Below are positions 13,904 through 28,164 of a DNA stretch of 64,000 bases, one piece after another. The number at the start of each line of letters is the position of its first letter. Position 1 is the stretch's first letter. A model generated the notes under the pieces. That model searched no databases. It saw only the letters and a list, made by a program, of their open reading frames with translations, and was not told where the DNA came from. This stretch comes from Eledone cirrhosa. Lineage: Eukaryota. The DNA is taken from contig OZ024754.1 of the NCBI GenBank assembly GCA_964016885.1, positions 14,260,001 to 14,324,000 of the forward strand, written 5' to 3'. The position numbers and the translations under genes are program-made.

Positions 13904-16415
13904 ATTGTTGCTGTTATTGTTGCTGCAGTTGTTATTGTTGCTGCAGTAGTGGTTATTGTTGTTGCAGTTGTTATTGTTGCTGCAGTAGTTGTTATTGTTG
14001 CTGCAGTTGTTGTTATTGTTGCAGTAGTTGTTATTGTTGCTGCTGCAGTTGTTATTGTTGCTGCAGTTGTTATTGTTGCTGCAGTTGTTATTGTTGCTGC
14101 AGTAGTGGTTATTGTTGTTGCAGTTGTTATTGTTGCTGCAGTAGTTGTTATTGTTGCTGCAGTTGTTATTGTTGCTGCAGTAGTTGCTATTGTTACAATA
14201 GTTATTATTGTTGCTGCAGTTGTTATTGTTGCTGCAGTAGTTGTTATTGTTGCTGCAGTTGTTATTGTTGCTGCAGTTGTTATTGTTGCTGCAGTAGTGG
14301 TTATTGTTGTTGCAGTTGTTATTGTTGCTGCAGTTGTTGTTATTGTTGCTGCAGTTGTTATTTTTGCAGTTGTTATTGTTGCGGCTGTTGTTGTTGTTGC
14401 TGCAGTAGTTGTTATTGTTGCAGTTGTTGTTATTGTTGCAGTAGTTGTTATTGTTGCTGCAGTTGTTATTGTTGCTGCAGTTGTTGTTATTGTTGCTGCA
14501 GTTGTTATTGTTGCAGTAGTTGTTATTGTTGCGGCTGTTGTTGTTGTTGCTGCAGTAGTTGTTATTGTTGCAGTTGTTGTTATTGTTGCAGTAGTTGTTA
14601 TTGTTGCTGCAGTTGTTATTGTTGCTGCAGTAGTTGTTATTGTTGCAGTAGTTGTTATTGTTGCTGCAGTTGTTATTGTTTCTGCAGTTGTTGTTATTGT
14701 TGCAGTAGTTGTTATTGTTGCTGCAGTTGTTATTGTTGCTGCAGTAGTTGTTATTGTTGCAGTAGTTGTTATTGTTGCTGCAGTAGTTGTTATTGTTGTT
14801 GCAGTTGTTATTGTTGCTGCAGTTGTTGTTATTGTTGCTGCAGTTGTTATTTTTGCAGTTTTTATTGTTGCGGCTGTTGTTGTTGTTGCTGCAGTAGTTG
14901 TTATTGTTGCAGTTGTTGTTATTGTTGCAGTAGTTGTTATTGTTGCTGCAGTTGTTATTGTTGCTGCAGTAGTTGTTATTGTTGCAGTAGTTGTTATTGT
15001 TGCTGCAGTTGTTATTGTTGCTGCAGTTGTTATTGTTGTTGCAGTAGTTATTATTGTTGCTGCAGTTGTTATTGTTTCTGCAGTAGTTGTTATTGTTGCT
15101 GCAGTTGTTATTGTTGCTGCAGTTGTTATTGTTGCTGCAGTAGTTATTGTTGCAGTAGTTGTTGTTATTGTTGCTGCAGTAGTTGTTATTGTTGTTGCAG
15201 TTGTTATTGTTGCTGCAGTTGTTGTTATTGTTGCTGCAGTTGTTATTTTTGCAGTTGTTATTTTTGCAGTTGTTATTGTTGCAGTTGTTGTTGTTGCTGC
15301 AGTAGTTGTTATTGTTGCAGTTGTTGTTATTGTTGCAGTAGTTGTTATTGTTGCTGCAGTTGTTATTGTTGCTGCAGTAGTTGTTATTGTTGCAGTAGTT
15401 GTTATTGTTGCTGCAGTTGTTATTGTTGCTGCAGTTGTTATTGTTGCTGCAGTAGTTGTTATTGTTGCAGTAGTTGTTATTGTTGCTGCAGTTGTTATTG
15501 TTACTGCAGTAGTTGTTATTGTTGCTGCAGTTGTTATTCTTGCTGCAGTTGTTATTGTTGCTGCAGTAGTTGTTATTGTTGCTGCAGTTGTTATTGTTGC
15601 TGCAGTTGTTATTGTTGCTGCAGTAGTTGTTATTGTTGCTGCAGTTGTTATTGTTGCTGCAGTAGTTGTTATTGTTGCTGCAGTTGTTATTGTTGCTGCA
15701 GTTGTTATTGTTGCTGCAGTTGTTGTTATTGTTGCAGTTGTTGTTATTGTTGCAGTAGTTGTTATTGTTGCTGCAGTTGTTATTGTTGCTGCAGTAGTTG
15801 TTATTGTTGCAGTAGTTGTTATTGTTGCTGCAGTTCTTATTGTTGCTGCAGTAGTTGTTAGTGTTGCTGCAGTTGTTATTGTTGCTGCAGTTGTTATTGT
15901 TGCTGCAGTAGTGGTTATTGTTGTTGCAGTTGTTATTGTTACTGCAGTTGTTGTTATTGTTGCTGCAGTTGTTATTTTTGCAGTTGTTATTTTTGCTGTT
16001 GTTATTGTTGCGGCTGTTGTTGTTGTTGCTGCAGTAGTTGTTATTGTTGCTGCAGTTGTTGTTATTGTTGCTGCAGTTGTTATTGTTGCTGCAGTTGTTA
16101 TTGTTGCTGCAGTTGTTATTGTTGCTGCAGTTGTTATTGTTGCTGCAGTTGTTATTGTTGCTGCAGTTGTTGTTATTGTTGCTGCAGTTGTTATTTTTGC
16201 AGTTGTTATTTTTTCAGTTGTTATTGTTGCGGCTGTTGTTGTTGTTGCTGCAGTAGTTGTTATTGTTGCAGTTGTTGTTATTGTTGCTGCAGTTGTTATT
16301 GTTGCAGTTGTTGTTATTGTTGCTGCAGATGTTATTGTTGCTGCAGTTTTTATTGTTGCTGCAGTTGTTATTGTTGCGGTTGTTGTTGTTGTTGCTGCAG
16401 TTGTTGCTGCTGCTG
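13904..16415. repeat. Triplet-based minisatellite (unit about GTTGTTATTGTTGCTGCA, 15-21 bp)
   Basis: Direct inspection. It produces the artefactual 835-aa V/I/A ORF. Confidence 0.95.
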
Positions 16416-16678
16416 CTACCGCTGCTCTATTTGATGTTATAGCTTGTCATACTTGAATTACAAGTTTGTTTTGTTTGTCAGTGTATGTGTACTAAGGTAA
16501 AGACACAAGTTCAAGGTCGCAGTCCTCTTCCACGCCACTCCCTACCACTGCATTATAAATCACACCACCGGTCTATACGTTCACAAACCCCACCAGACTG
16601 ATACTTTTATTATTAATCAATGTATTTCTAAGCATATGCCATACGTGCATATTCGTGTTTTTTTTTTGTATTTGTATA

Positions 16679-16726
<48 letters not shown>

Positions 16727-16789
16727 CGTGTGTGTGTGTGTGTGTGTGTGCGTGTGCGTGTGCGTGTGCGTGCGCAAATATGCTTGCGA

Positions 16790-16850
<61 letters not shown>

Positions 16851-16915
16851 GCTCTTTATCTAACTCTTTATCTATCTCTCTATCTATCTCTTTATCTATC
16901 TCTTTATCTATCTCT

Positions 16916-19577
16916 CGCCTGACGCGTGGAACATCACCGGTAAGCTTTTTTGTTAATTTCTATGCAAAAAAGCGAACTAATTGTTTGAAAGGACATAACA
17001 TTTTGTAGATTAACCCCCAAGTTGAATTGTCAGCTGGATGGTAATCCCATTTTTCGCCCCTTTAGGGACGAAAATTTAATTAAAATATCAAAAAAAAAAA
17101 TCAAATTTTGCCAACTATAAAACAGGAAAGAACGCTAGAGAACGTCGACAGAGAGAAGAGAGGTAGAGAGGCAGATATTAACGTTATATCTGCTTCTGCT
17201 ACTATGGACGTCGCCATAGATACGACTGTCAACAAAGAGAAAAAATACCACTTGAAGATTTTAAAATTTCTACCGTCGAAGCGGAGAAAAATAACAACAA
17301 CACACAGGAAAACACAGGAAATAAACCTATTAACATACATACACATGAAAAAGACAACATCAACAACTCCATAGATACATCTACACAAAAAGTTTCACCT
17401 CGTCAAGGAATTGAGATTTCCAACACCGAGGCTAACAACGATAACAACAATAACAACAGCAACACCACACAAAAAAAATGTCTTTCGCTGAAACAGTGAA
17501 CAAGAAACAAGATTTTATAAATCTTGACATCTCCAATGCAAGAGATATGCTCCAGCAAGGGAGAACATTTTAAACTTTCGAAGACAAGGGTGGGTTTAGA
17601 ATTAACTCACCCCTCGAAATAAAAGAAGATACAGTTCGAAGGACAGTGACCTTCAGGACTGTATCCAATACAACGAGAAAGCCGATATTTGTTAGTCAAG
17701 CAGATATAGAAGTTACCTTCAAGGAAATTCTAGCAAATATTGACTTTCTCCAACGAGGAAAACAGTACGGAAGTGTTTCCGTACTGTTTAAAAGCGAGGC
17801 ACTCGCCCCAAAACATTCTGTGGGGCTCTGATCAATTTGGATCAGTCTAAGGCATTCGATAGGGTCGACCATCGATACTTGGAAGCAGTTCTCAAGGCGG
17901 CCGGTTTCGGTCCCGTTTTCAGAGGCTGGATCGAGGCGTTGCACACCAGCATCTGCTCGAGGGTCAAGGTGAACGGCTACCTATCGGAGCCGTTCGCAAT
18001 CACGCGTTCCATTCGACAGGGGTGACCTCTCTCCTCCATTATGTATGTATTGACTCTAGAGCCACTACTGCGGAAATTGGAGCTGTTGCAGGGCATCCCT
18101 CTAGAACCGGAACTGCGCAAAGCGGCGTCAGCTTATGCCGACGACGTGACGGTAATGGTATCGAGCACCTCGGAAATCGGGGTGATCGGCAAGTTACTGA
18201 AAGAATACGAAACGCTGACTGGAGCAAAACTAAACCCGGCCAAGTCTGTCGGTTTGCAACTCGGTACGTGGAGAGGCAAACCGATGACGTCCGACAGCGT
18301 CGTTGGACGCTGGACGGACGGACCGGTGAAATTGCTCGGGGTCGTCTGGTTCGGTCCAGACCTCCAGGTGGGAAAAACTGGAACGAAGTCACGGCCAAGG
18401 TGTTTGCGTTCACCCAGAGTGCTCACCCAGAGTGCAAACTGTCCTTGAAAGGTCGAGTGGAGGTGGCGAACACTTTCATAGCGTCCGTCATCTACTACCG
18501 CTTGACTGTCGTGCCTTGTCCCCGTGAACACCTCGCCAAGATGGAACGCATGTTCTTCCAGTTTCTGTGGAAGAAGCAGGCTCCACTGGTGAGGAGATTC
18601 GTCTGCTGTTAGCACCCTTCCAACGGAGGGCTGGGAATGCCGTGGCTGATGATGCGCAAACATGCGCTGAGGCTGCGGCATCTCCAGGTATTCCTCACCG
18701 ACCCCCAACCGGGGGATTGTACGTTACAAGGGCGACGACGTGCTCGGAGAGACTCTGGGCGTCGAAGACGACGAGCTCACCAATCTGTTTGGTAGGACTT
18801 TCCGCCCGGGACCTATGGACAATTTCCAGAGGTCCCTATCCTGGCAGTGCTTCCGAGGAGCTCTACCGGTTCGTGACAAGATCTACAGGCACGGACGCCC
18901 TGGCAGGGATCCTTCCAAGAGGACGTGTCCAAGATGCGCGCAGGACATTGAAACCGTCCTGCACGCAATTGTACACTGCCCGGGCGTAACCAACCTGTGG
19001 AACTATGCAGAACAACTGCTGTCGCGTATGGGACAAATCCAGTTGACTGTCGAGTCCATAGTAAGGATCAAACCGCCAGCCTCTTTCAAAAACGAAAGAG
19101 AGGCGGTTTTCTTCTGGACAGTGGCTATGGTGAAAGAAGTTATATGGTGGACGAGATTGAGAGGACTGAGGACAGATGCCTTTCTCTCCGGACAACAATT
19201 AATTCCCTACTTTAAGTATCACTTTAGAAGGAGAATCAGGGTGGAGAGAGAGGCACTGCACCCCAGTAAATTTACTGAAAGGTGGGTGAATGAAGCAAAA
19301 ATAGCCCGAGTGACTGGGCCTTCTCTGTTTATGAGCCTGTAGGTTAAAGAAGAGAGCAAAAGGAAGAAAGGAGCACTTGCACAACACGCTCCTGAAGTTG
19401 AGGGTTGTTCTATCGACGGAGTATTAAACAACGCATTTGTGGCGTTTCCCCCTATTGGGGATTTCGATTGTTGTAATTGTTTGTTTTATATTTTTTACAC
19501 GACTGTATGTAAAATCCCCGGCATGTGTCTTTGTATTGTCCCCTTTTCTTGTGCGCCCTTGTGGCAAATAAAGAAAT
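16916..19577 (+). mobile_element. Internally deleted Tx1-like LINE (ORF1 N-terminus joined to the RT region, frameshifted)
   Basis: 17480-17820 resembles ORF1 at 39 kb (INSP.E, YGS.SVL). It jumps at about 17822 to GALINLDQSKAFDRVDH, then YADD and CPRC..H..HC. Ends AATAAAGAAAT then (CTAT)n. Confidence 0.9.
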
Positions 19578-19578
19578 C

Positions 19579-19609
<31 letters not shown>

Positions 19610-19773
19610 GAAGAATTTCGGGACTCCGATGGCTAACCTCCTGCCGTCTGAAACGGCAGGAGGTTAGCCGGCGGGGCCCCGAAATTTTCATATTATGCAC
19701 TCTACTACCCTAAGTATCGAGTACTCTAAGTATCTAACTGGTTTTTACTGCATCCATTCTGCCCCCCACCCTC

Positions 19774-19812
<39 letters not shown>

Positions 19813-19833
19813 TTCTCTCTCTCACTCTCTCTC

Positions 19834-19912
<79 letters not shown>

Positions 19913-20454
19913 GTATGTATGTGTGTGTGTGTGTGTGTGTAGGCAGACTCACACATACAAACACACTAATATTCATATCATGTGTATGGTGTAACTTGTA
20001 TATTAGAGCGACCTGTACTTAAGAGAGAAAGTTCACAAGAATTTTACAATTCCTCCACTCGCCCATCTTTCCCCCATGCCACATGACAAATTCTATTTCC
20101 TGTTCCATTTGTCATTATCTACAACTGCACTGATTAACCCCGGTAACTATAGCAACGCTACGGCTCATTCAAACTTGAAAGGGACGCTATTGAAATCAGC
20201 AAAATATCAAAATATCAACAAAAAAAAAAAAAAAAAAGGTGCCCTCCATCTCTGCACGGCAATTTTCCTTCGTTCGCAGAAATCAGAAAGACAGCAGCCC
20301 GACCGAGGAAGGAGGCTCATGAAGTGTGTGAGTGTATGTGGGACGGATGGCTAATGCAGCGGGTGCCGCTGGCCATTCTACGCGGTAACACCTTTGTGAC
20401 ATTTTGTCCGCGTGACACTACAGCTGAAACATACCACTTAGACTAAGTTGTAGA

Positions 20455-20620
20455 GCAAGTCAGGGGCAAACTGCAGCCCGCGAGCTGCAAGCGACCCGAT
20501 TGGCTTTCTGAATGGCCCGCCTAATTCTAAAATTGCCTTGAATGTTTTAGTAGTGCGGCCCGCCATATGATAAGCCACATCCTATGCGGCCCACTGCTCG
20601 AAAGTGGTTGCCCATACCTG
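20455..20620. mobile_element. hAT-type MITE remnant
   Basis: Ends resemble CAG..GGGCAAAC and GTTGCCCATACCTG, with internal GGCCCG motifs. Confidence 0.5.
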
Positions 20621-20918
20621 GTGTAGAGTCTGTCACACCATCACCACCTCATTCCCTTTCTTTCGTAACTTAATTTTTTTTTTCTTTTTCTTTTGTTTCT
20701 GTCTTGGCAATGGTATATCAAAACAAAATAATTGTTTCTACTTTAGGCACAAGGCCAGCAATTACCCAGTGCATTACTGGTACTTTATTTTATCGACCCC
20801 GTAAGGATGAAAGGCAAAGTAAACCTCGGCGGGATTATATCAAAACAAAATTATAACCAACAGTTTCGTGAGTTAGATCAGAAATATATGTATAAAGGAA
20901 AGTATTATCCTAGATAAC

Positions 20919-21105
20919 GGGCGGTGGATTGGCAGTATCGCTAGAGGGTCGGACGCCATGCTTTCCAGCATAGTTACGTCCCTTTACGATCTGAGTTCAA
21001 ATCCCGCCGAGGTTGACTTTGCCTTTCATCCTTACGGGGTCGATAAAATAAAGTACCAGTAATACACTGACTAATTTGCTGGCCTTGTGCCTGAAGTAGA
21101 AACAA
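20919..21105 (+). mobile_element. OK-like SINE (partial inverted copy at 20730-20836)
   Basis: A and B boxes plus the conserved body. Confidence 0.85.
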
Positions 21106-21427
21106 GTATTATACTAGATATTGTCATGGCGTTGGTTACATAGCACCTATTAATGTAAGAGAGAGGGAGAGAGAGAGATAGAGAGAGAGAGAGATAGAGA
21201 GAGAGAGAGATAGATAGAGAAGAGTGAAAAGAGAGAGGCGAGAGAAAAAAGAGAGATAGAGAGAAGAGAGAGAGGGAGGGGGGAGGGGTCGCATTGTCTA
21301 TATGTATAAGACATATTAAGTTTTATTGTTTCTAAAACGTAAGTTCATTTATCAACTACTTTCGGGTATCAACTACTTTCGGGTGGGTGGTGGGCGAAGC
21401 CGGGGCGTTGGAAAATCGTTAATTTTT

Positions 21428-22130
21428 CTAGGTTGTCTCTATTGATTTTTTAAAAACCAGAATTAGTCGTTTAGTTTACATGTTGAGACCCCAACCCATC
21501 CTATCTAGGTTGACTCCGTTGATATTTAAAAAAACCAGAATTAGTCGTTTAGTTTACATGTTGAGACTCCAACCCATCCTATTTAGGTTGACTCCGTTGA
21601 TATTTAAAAAAACCAGAATTAGTCGTTTAGTTTACATGTTGAGACCCCAACCCATCCTATCTAGGTTGACTCCGTTGATATTTAAAAAAACCAGAATTAG
21701 TCGTTTAGTTTACATGTTGAGACCCCAACCCATCCTATTTAGGTTGACTCCGTTGATATTTAAAAAAACCAGAATTAGTCGTTTATTTTACATGCTGAGA
21801 CCCCCAACCCATCCTATTTAGGTTGACTCCGTTGATATTTAAAAAAACCAGAATTAGTCGTTTATTTTACATGTTGAGACCCCAACCCATCCTATTTAGG
21901 TTGACTCCGTTGATATTTTTTAAAACCAGAATTAGTCGTTTAGTTTACATGCTGAGACCCCAACCCATCCTATTTAGGTTGACTCCGTCGATATTTTTTA
22001 AAACCAGAATTAGTCGTTTAGTTTACATGTTGAGACCCCAACCCATCCTATTTAGGTTGACTCCGTTGATATTTTTAAAACCAGAATTAGTCGTTTAGTT
22101 TACATATTGAGACCCCAACCCATCCTATTT
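21428..22130. repeat. 78-bp tandem repeat, about 9 copies
   Basis: 26-aa periodic translation MLRPQPILSRLTPLIFKKTRISRLVY, broken by 1-bp indels. Confidence 0.95.
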
Positions 22131-22303
22131 TATGACGTATGGGATTTCTAGAAATGTGCTTCTTTTTGTTATCTATAATGTTTTTTTAATATATGAGGAA
22201 AATTAATTGTTGCAGAAATGTTACCTCCTGAAATAACATTTCTTCGGAGATTGATTAGCAAAGTTTAATAAGGGGTGGGTTGGAATACAGGGGGGGGGGG
22301 GGC

Positions 22304-23715
22304 TTGTTGTTGTGATTGTTATTGCTGTTGTTATTGTTATTGCTGTTGTTATTGTTATTGCTGCTGTGATTGTTATTGTTGTTGTGATTGTTATTGTTGT
22401 TGTGATTGTTGTTGCTGTTGTGATTGTTATTGCTGTTGTTATTGCTGTTGTTGTTATGATTGTTATTGCTGTTGTTATTGCTGTTGTGATTGTTATTGCT
22501 GTTGTTATTGCTGCTGTGATTGTTATTGCTGTTGTGATTGTTATTGCTGTTGTGATTGATATTGCTGTTGTTATTGCTGTTGTGATTGTTAATGCTGTTG
22601 TTATTGCTGTTGTGATTGTTAATGCTGTTGTTATTGCTGTCGTGATTGTTATTGCTGTTGTGATTGTTATTGCTGTTGTTATTGCTGTCGTGATTGTTAT
22701 TGTTGTTGTGATTGTTATTGCTGTTGTTATTGCTGTTGTTATTGCTGTTGTGATTGTTATTGCTGTTGTGATTGTTATTGCTGTTGTGATTGTTATTGCT
22801 GCTGTGATTGTTATTGTGGTGATTGTTATTGTTGTTGTGACGGTTATTGCTGTTGTGATTGTTATTGTTGTGATTTTTATTGCTGTTGTGATTGTTATTG
22901 CTGCTGTGATTGTTATTGCTGTTTTGATTGTTATTGTTGTGATTTTTATTGCTGTTGTGATTGTTATTGCTGTCGTGATTGTTATTGCTGTTGTGATTGT
23001 TATTGTTGTGATTTTTATTGCTGTTGTGATTGTTATTGCTGCTGTGATTGTTATTGCTGTTTTGATTGTTATTGTTGTGATTTTTATTGCTGTTGTGATT
23101 GTTATTGCTGTCGTGATTGTTATTGCTGTTGTGATTGTTATTGTTGTGATTTTTATTGCTGTTGTGATTGTTATTGCTGCTGTGATTGTTATTGCTGTTG
23201 TGATTTTTATTGCTGTTGTGATTGTTATTGTGGTGATTGTTATTGCTGTTGTGATTGTTATTGCTGCTGTGATTGTTATTGCTGTCGTGATTTTTATTGC
23301 TGTTGTGATTGTTATTGTGGTGATTGTTATTGCTGTTGTGATTGTTGTTGCTGTTGTTATTGTTATTGTTGTTGTGATTGTTATTGTTGTTGTGACTGTT
23401 ATTGCTGTTGTGATTGTTATTGTTGTGATTTTTATTGCTGTTGTGATTGTTATTGCTGTTGTGATTGTTATTGTGGTGATTGTTATTGCTGCTGTGATTG
23501 TTGTTGCTGTTGTTATTGTTATTGTGGTGATTTTTATTGCTGTTGTGATTGTTATTGCTGTTGTGATTGTTATTGCTGTTGTGATTGTTGTTGCTGTTGT
23601 TATTGTTATTGTGGTGATTTTTATTGCTGTTGTGATTGTTATTGCTGTTGTGATTGTTATTGCTGTTGAGATTGTTATTGCTGTTGTTATTGCTGTTGTT
23701 GTTGTTGTTGGTGTT
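22304..23715. repeat. Triplet-based minisatellite (unit about GTGATTGTTATTGCTGTT)
   Basis: Direct inspection. Confidence 0.95.
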
Positions 23716-23818
23716 GTTAAACAAGGTGAAGGTCATTAAACAGATAGAAAAAGGATACCAACTCAGATGTGTTGGTGGTCTGTTGTAGATGTGAAACACA
23801 ATCTAAAGATTTCCAACA

Positions 23819-23924
23819 ATGTATGTATGTATGTATGTATGTATGTATGTATGTATGTATGTATGTATGTACATATGTATGTTTGTATGTATGTATGTAT
23901 GTATGTATGTATGTATGTATGTAC

Positions 23925-23955
<31 letters not shown>

Positions 23956-24200
23956 TGTATGTATGTATGTATGGATGGGTGGATGTATGTATGTACGTAG
24001 GTATGTATGTATGTATATATGTATGTATGTATGTATGTTTGTATGGATGAATGTATGTATGTACATATGTATGTATGTATGTATGTCTGTATGTCTGTAT
24101 GTATGGATGGATGGATGTATGTATGTACGTAGGTATGTATGTATGTATATATGTATGTATGTATGTATGTATGTTTGTATGGATGGATGTATGTATGCAC

Positions 24201-24231
<31 letters not shown>

Positions 24232-24600
24232 TGTATGTATGTATGTACGTACGTAGGTATGTATGTATGTATATATGTATGTATGTATGTATAGATGGAT
24301 GGATGTATGTATGTATATATATGTATGTATGTTTGGATGGATGGATGTAAGTATGTATGTATGTATGTATGTATGTATGTATGTATGTATGTATGGATGG
24401 ATGGATGGATGTATGTACGTACGTATGCATGTATGGATGTATGTATGGGTGTATGTATGTACATATGTATGTATGTTTGTACCTATGTGTGTGTCTATGC
24501 ATGTATAAATGTAGGTATGTATGCATGCATGTATGCATGTGTGTGTGTTTATGTATATTTGTGTGTATATGTGTGTATGTATGTGTGTATGTGTGTATGT
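23819..24600. repeat. (TATG)n/(TGGA)n compound microsatellite
   Basis: Direct inspection. Confidence 0.95.
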
Positions 24601-24716
24601 ATATATGAATGTACACACATATATCTATCTATATATGTGTGTGCGTGTTTGTATCTATGTGTGTGTACACATTCACTCAAAGACACGTGTGTACAACATA
24701 GATAGATAGATAGATA

Positions 24717-24931
24717 GATTTCTTTATTAGCCACAGGGGCACAAAAGAAGGGGACAAATACAAATGGGGAGTTTACATACAGGTATATGAAAATAAAACT
24801 ATTAATAAAACAACAAATAACAATTGATATCCCCAATAGGGGGGAGGCGTTACACAGGGGTTGTACACACCCCGAACAAATGTACAACCCTCATCTCCAG
24901 GAGCTCCAAGACTGAGTACTCCCTTCCTCTC

Positions 24932-24932
<1 letters not shown>
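24717..24932 (-). mobile_element. 3' UTR fragment of a Tx1-like LINE in (TAGA)n
   Basis: Reverse complement ends GTGCCCCTGTGGCTAATAAAGAAAT, matching the 3' ends near 19550 and 44285. Confidence 0.8.
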
Positions 24933-25005
<73 letters not shown>

Positions 25006-25102
25006 TGGAGAGAGAGAGAAAGAGAGAGAGAGAGGGGGGTGGAGAGAGAGAGAAAGAGAGAGAGAGGGGTGGAGAGAGAGAGACAGAGAGTGTGTGTGTG
25101 TA

Positions 25103-25150
<48 letters not shown>

Positions 25151-25310
25151 GGGGGACGAGACATAGACAGAGAGAGGGAGAGCGAGAGAGAGAGAGAGAG
25201 AAGGGGAGAGGGAGAAGAGAGAGAGACAGACACAGAGAGAGGGAGAGAGAGAGAGGAAGAAAGAGAGAGAGAGGGGGAGAGGAAGAAAGAGAGAGAGAGG
25301 GAGAAGAGAA

Positions 25311-25368
<58 letters not shown>

Positions 25369-25499
25369 ACGGAAGAGGAATGATTGATATGTCACATAGA
25401 GAGAGAATAACTGTCAAGAAGTAAATATAATTTGATAAATCTTCGTTACATACCAATACAGTATCTCATTGATATATATACATACATACATACATACAT

Positions 25500-25612
<113 letters not shown>

Positions 25613-25649
25613 TACACACACGTATATATATATATATATATATATTTAT

Positions 25650-25805
25650 ATAAGATCAAAAGATGGTTAAAAGAGTTCCATGTATTTTATTATGCGCATT
25701 TCAGAAACAAATATCATCATGCAATAACATTTGTGTTTTCATCAGATAAAATAGGAAGACATATGAAGGTTAAAAAACACTTGTGGATAGTGCAGTTTTA
25801 AATCA
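25650..25805 (-). mobile_element. Mini-element family F with hammerhead (25683-25753 on -)
   Basis: TATTTTAT-CTGATGA-AAACACAAATGTT..GATATTTGTTTCT-GAAA-TGCGCA-TA-ATAAAATA. Confidence 0.8.
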
Positions 25806-25813
25806 CCTCCTAC

Positions 25814-25900
<87 letters not shown>

Positions 25901-25901
<1 letters not shown>

Positions 25902-26687
25902 GGTGGCTGCCAACTCGTTTTCGAGTACGGCCACTACTTTATATCCATGTAGGAGAATCGCTACCGATGCGCTGAACGAGTGTGACTTTTTAGTCCAGCC
26001 AGCGACTTGAAAACTCTGGTACAAACACTACACCTGTGACAATTATTGACACATAGTGCTCGGCCCATGGTACCATGTGACGACAAGTGCAGAGAGATCT
26101 CCAGATATAAAGCAATGCCTGTGCTGTGAAGCTTTTATAGTGAGCAAAGGCACTGCACAAAGCCAGTCCTACTCTCTTAACCAAGACATACATACATACA
26201 TACATACATACATACATACATACATACATACATACATACATGGTGGCTGCCAACTTGTTTTCGAGTACGGCCACTACTTTATATCCGTGTAAGAGAACCC
26301 CTACCGATGCGCTGAACGAGTGTGACTATTTAGTCCAGCCAGCGACTTGAAAACTCTGGTACAAACACTACACTTGTGACAATTATTGACACATAGTGCT
26401 CGTTCAGCGCATCGGTAAGGGTTCTCCTACATGGATATAAAGTAGTGGCCGTACTCGAAAACGAGTTGGCAGCCACCATGTATATATGTATGTATGTGTG
26501 TATGTATGTATGTATGTATGTATGTATGTATGTATGTATACATGTATGTATGTATACATGTATGTTTGTATGTATGTATGTATGTATGTATGTATGTATG
26601 TACATTTGTATGTATGTATATACGTGTATGTATGTATGTATGTATGTATGTATGTATGTATGTATGTATGTATCTATATGTGTTTGC

Positions 26688-26720
<33 letters not shown>

Positions 26721-28164
26721 TGTATGTATGTATGTATGTATGTCAGGTCACCAGTTGGTACTACTGGTAACAAGTATCCCAGTACAACCTGCCCCATGGT
26801 CGGGTCGTTGGCGACTAAACTGGCAACCCCACCAAGGTTTCTTGGTGAGGAGGGTGACTTTGGACATCCTGCAGGACTAAAAACAAAACCTGTCAAAGGG
26901 CAAAGGAGCTCTTAAGAGTCAATGGCCATCCAAAATCACCGAGAGAGATGACCCCTTAGCCTTTGTCAGGGCAGAATTCTAGGAGAGGAAAAACTCTAAT
27001 GTAACACCTGCAACCCTGATGGTATCCAATGATGTTAACTTGTTCTTCTTTTTGGTAAATATTGTCTTGGTTAAGAGAGTGGGACTGACTTTGTACAGTG
27101 CCTTTGCTCACTATAAAAGCTTCAGGGCACAGGCATTGCTTTGTATCTGGAGATCTCTCTGCGCTTGTCGTCACATGGTACCATGGGCCCAATACTATGT
27201 GTCAATAATTGTCACAAGTGTAGTGTTTGTACCAGTTTTCAAGTCGCTGGCTGGACTAAAAAGTCACACTCGTTCAGCGCATCGGTAGGGATTCTCCTAC
27301 ATGGATATAAAGTAGTGGCCGTACTCGAAAACGAGTTGGCAGCCTGTATGTATATATAAATGTTTATATCGGAGTTATCCCAGTTTCCTGAGTTGTCTTC
27401 TCCTGGAAGAATGCCCTGACAGGGGCTCAGTAGTTACCGATGATGTTGATCTTTTCTTCTTTTCGGGTTATAGCTACTGTCGCTCAGAGAGTGGGATTGG
27501 CTCAGTGCACAGTCTTTCCTCACTTTAAAAAGAATCTTCACACACAGGCATTGCACGATGGAATTAATTAATAATTATTAATAATGTTATATCGTGCAAT
27601 GGCCATACTCGATAACGAGGGGGCAGCCATCATGTATGTACGTATGTATCTATATATGTATGTGTGTATGTATGTATGTATGTATGTATGTATGTATGTA
27701 TGTATGTATGTATGTATGTATGCTCTTAAGAGTCAATGGCCATCCAAAATCACCGGGAGAGATGACCCCTTAGCCTTTGTCAAGGCAGAATTCTAGGAGA
27801 AGGAAAACTCTGATATAACACCTGCAACCCTGATGGTATCCAATGATGTTGACTTGTTCTTCTTTTTGGTAAATATCGTCTTGGTTAAGAGAGTGGGACT
27901 GGCTTTGTGCAGTGCCTTTGCTCACTATAAAAGCTTCACGGCACAGGCATTGCTTTATATCTGGAGATCTCTCTGCACTTGTCGTCACATGGTACCATGG
28001 GCCGAGCACTATGTGTCAATAATTGTCGCAAGTGTAGTGTTTGTACCAGAGTTTTCAAGTTGCTAACTGGACTAAAAAGTCACACTCGTTCAGCGCATCG
28101 GTAGGGATTCTCCTACATGGATATAAAGTAGTGGCCGTACTCGAAAACGAGTTGGCAGCCACCA
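25901..28164. mobile_element. Cluster of family E copies: 25901-26186 (-), 26241-26478 (fold-back), 26742-27345 (+, full length), 27722-28164 (+), separated by (TATG)n
   Basis: Sequence identity among the copies. Confidence 0.8.

Noticed and set aside
13949-16456. 835-aa V/I/A ORF, and the 475/514-aa ORFs at 22255-23799
   Set aside because: Translations of triplet minisatellites that lack stops by composition; no unique flanking coding sequence.
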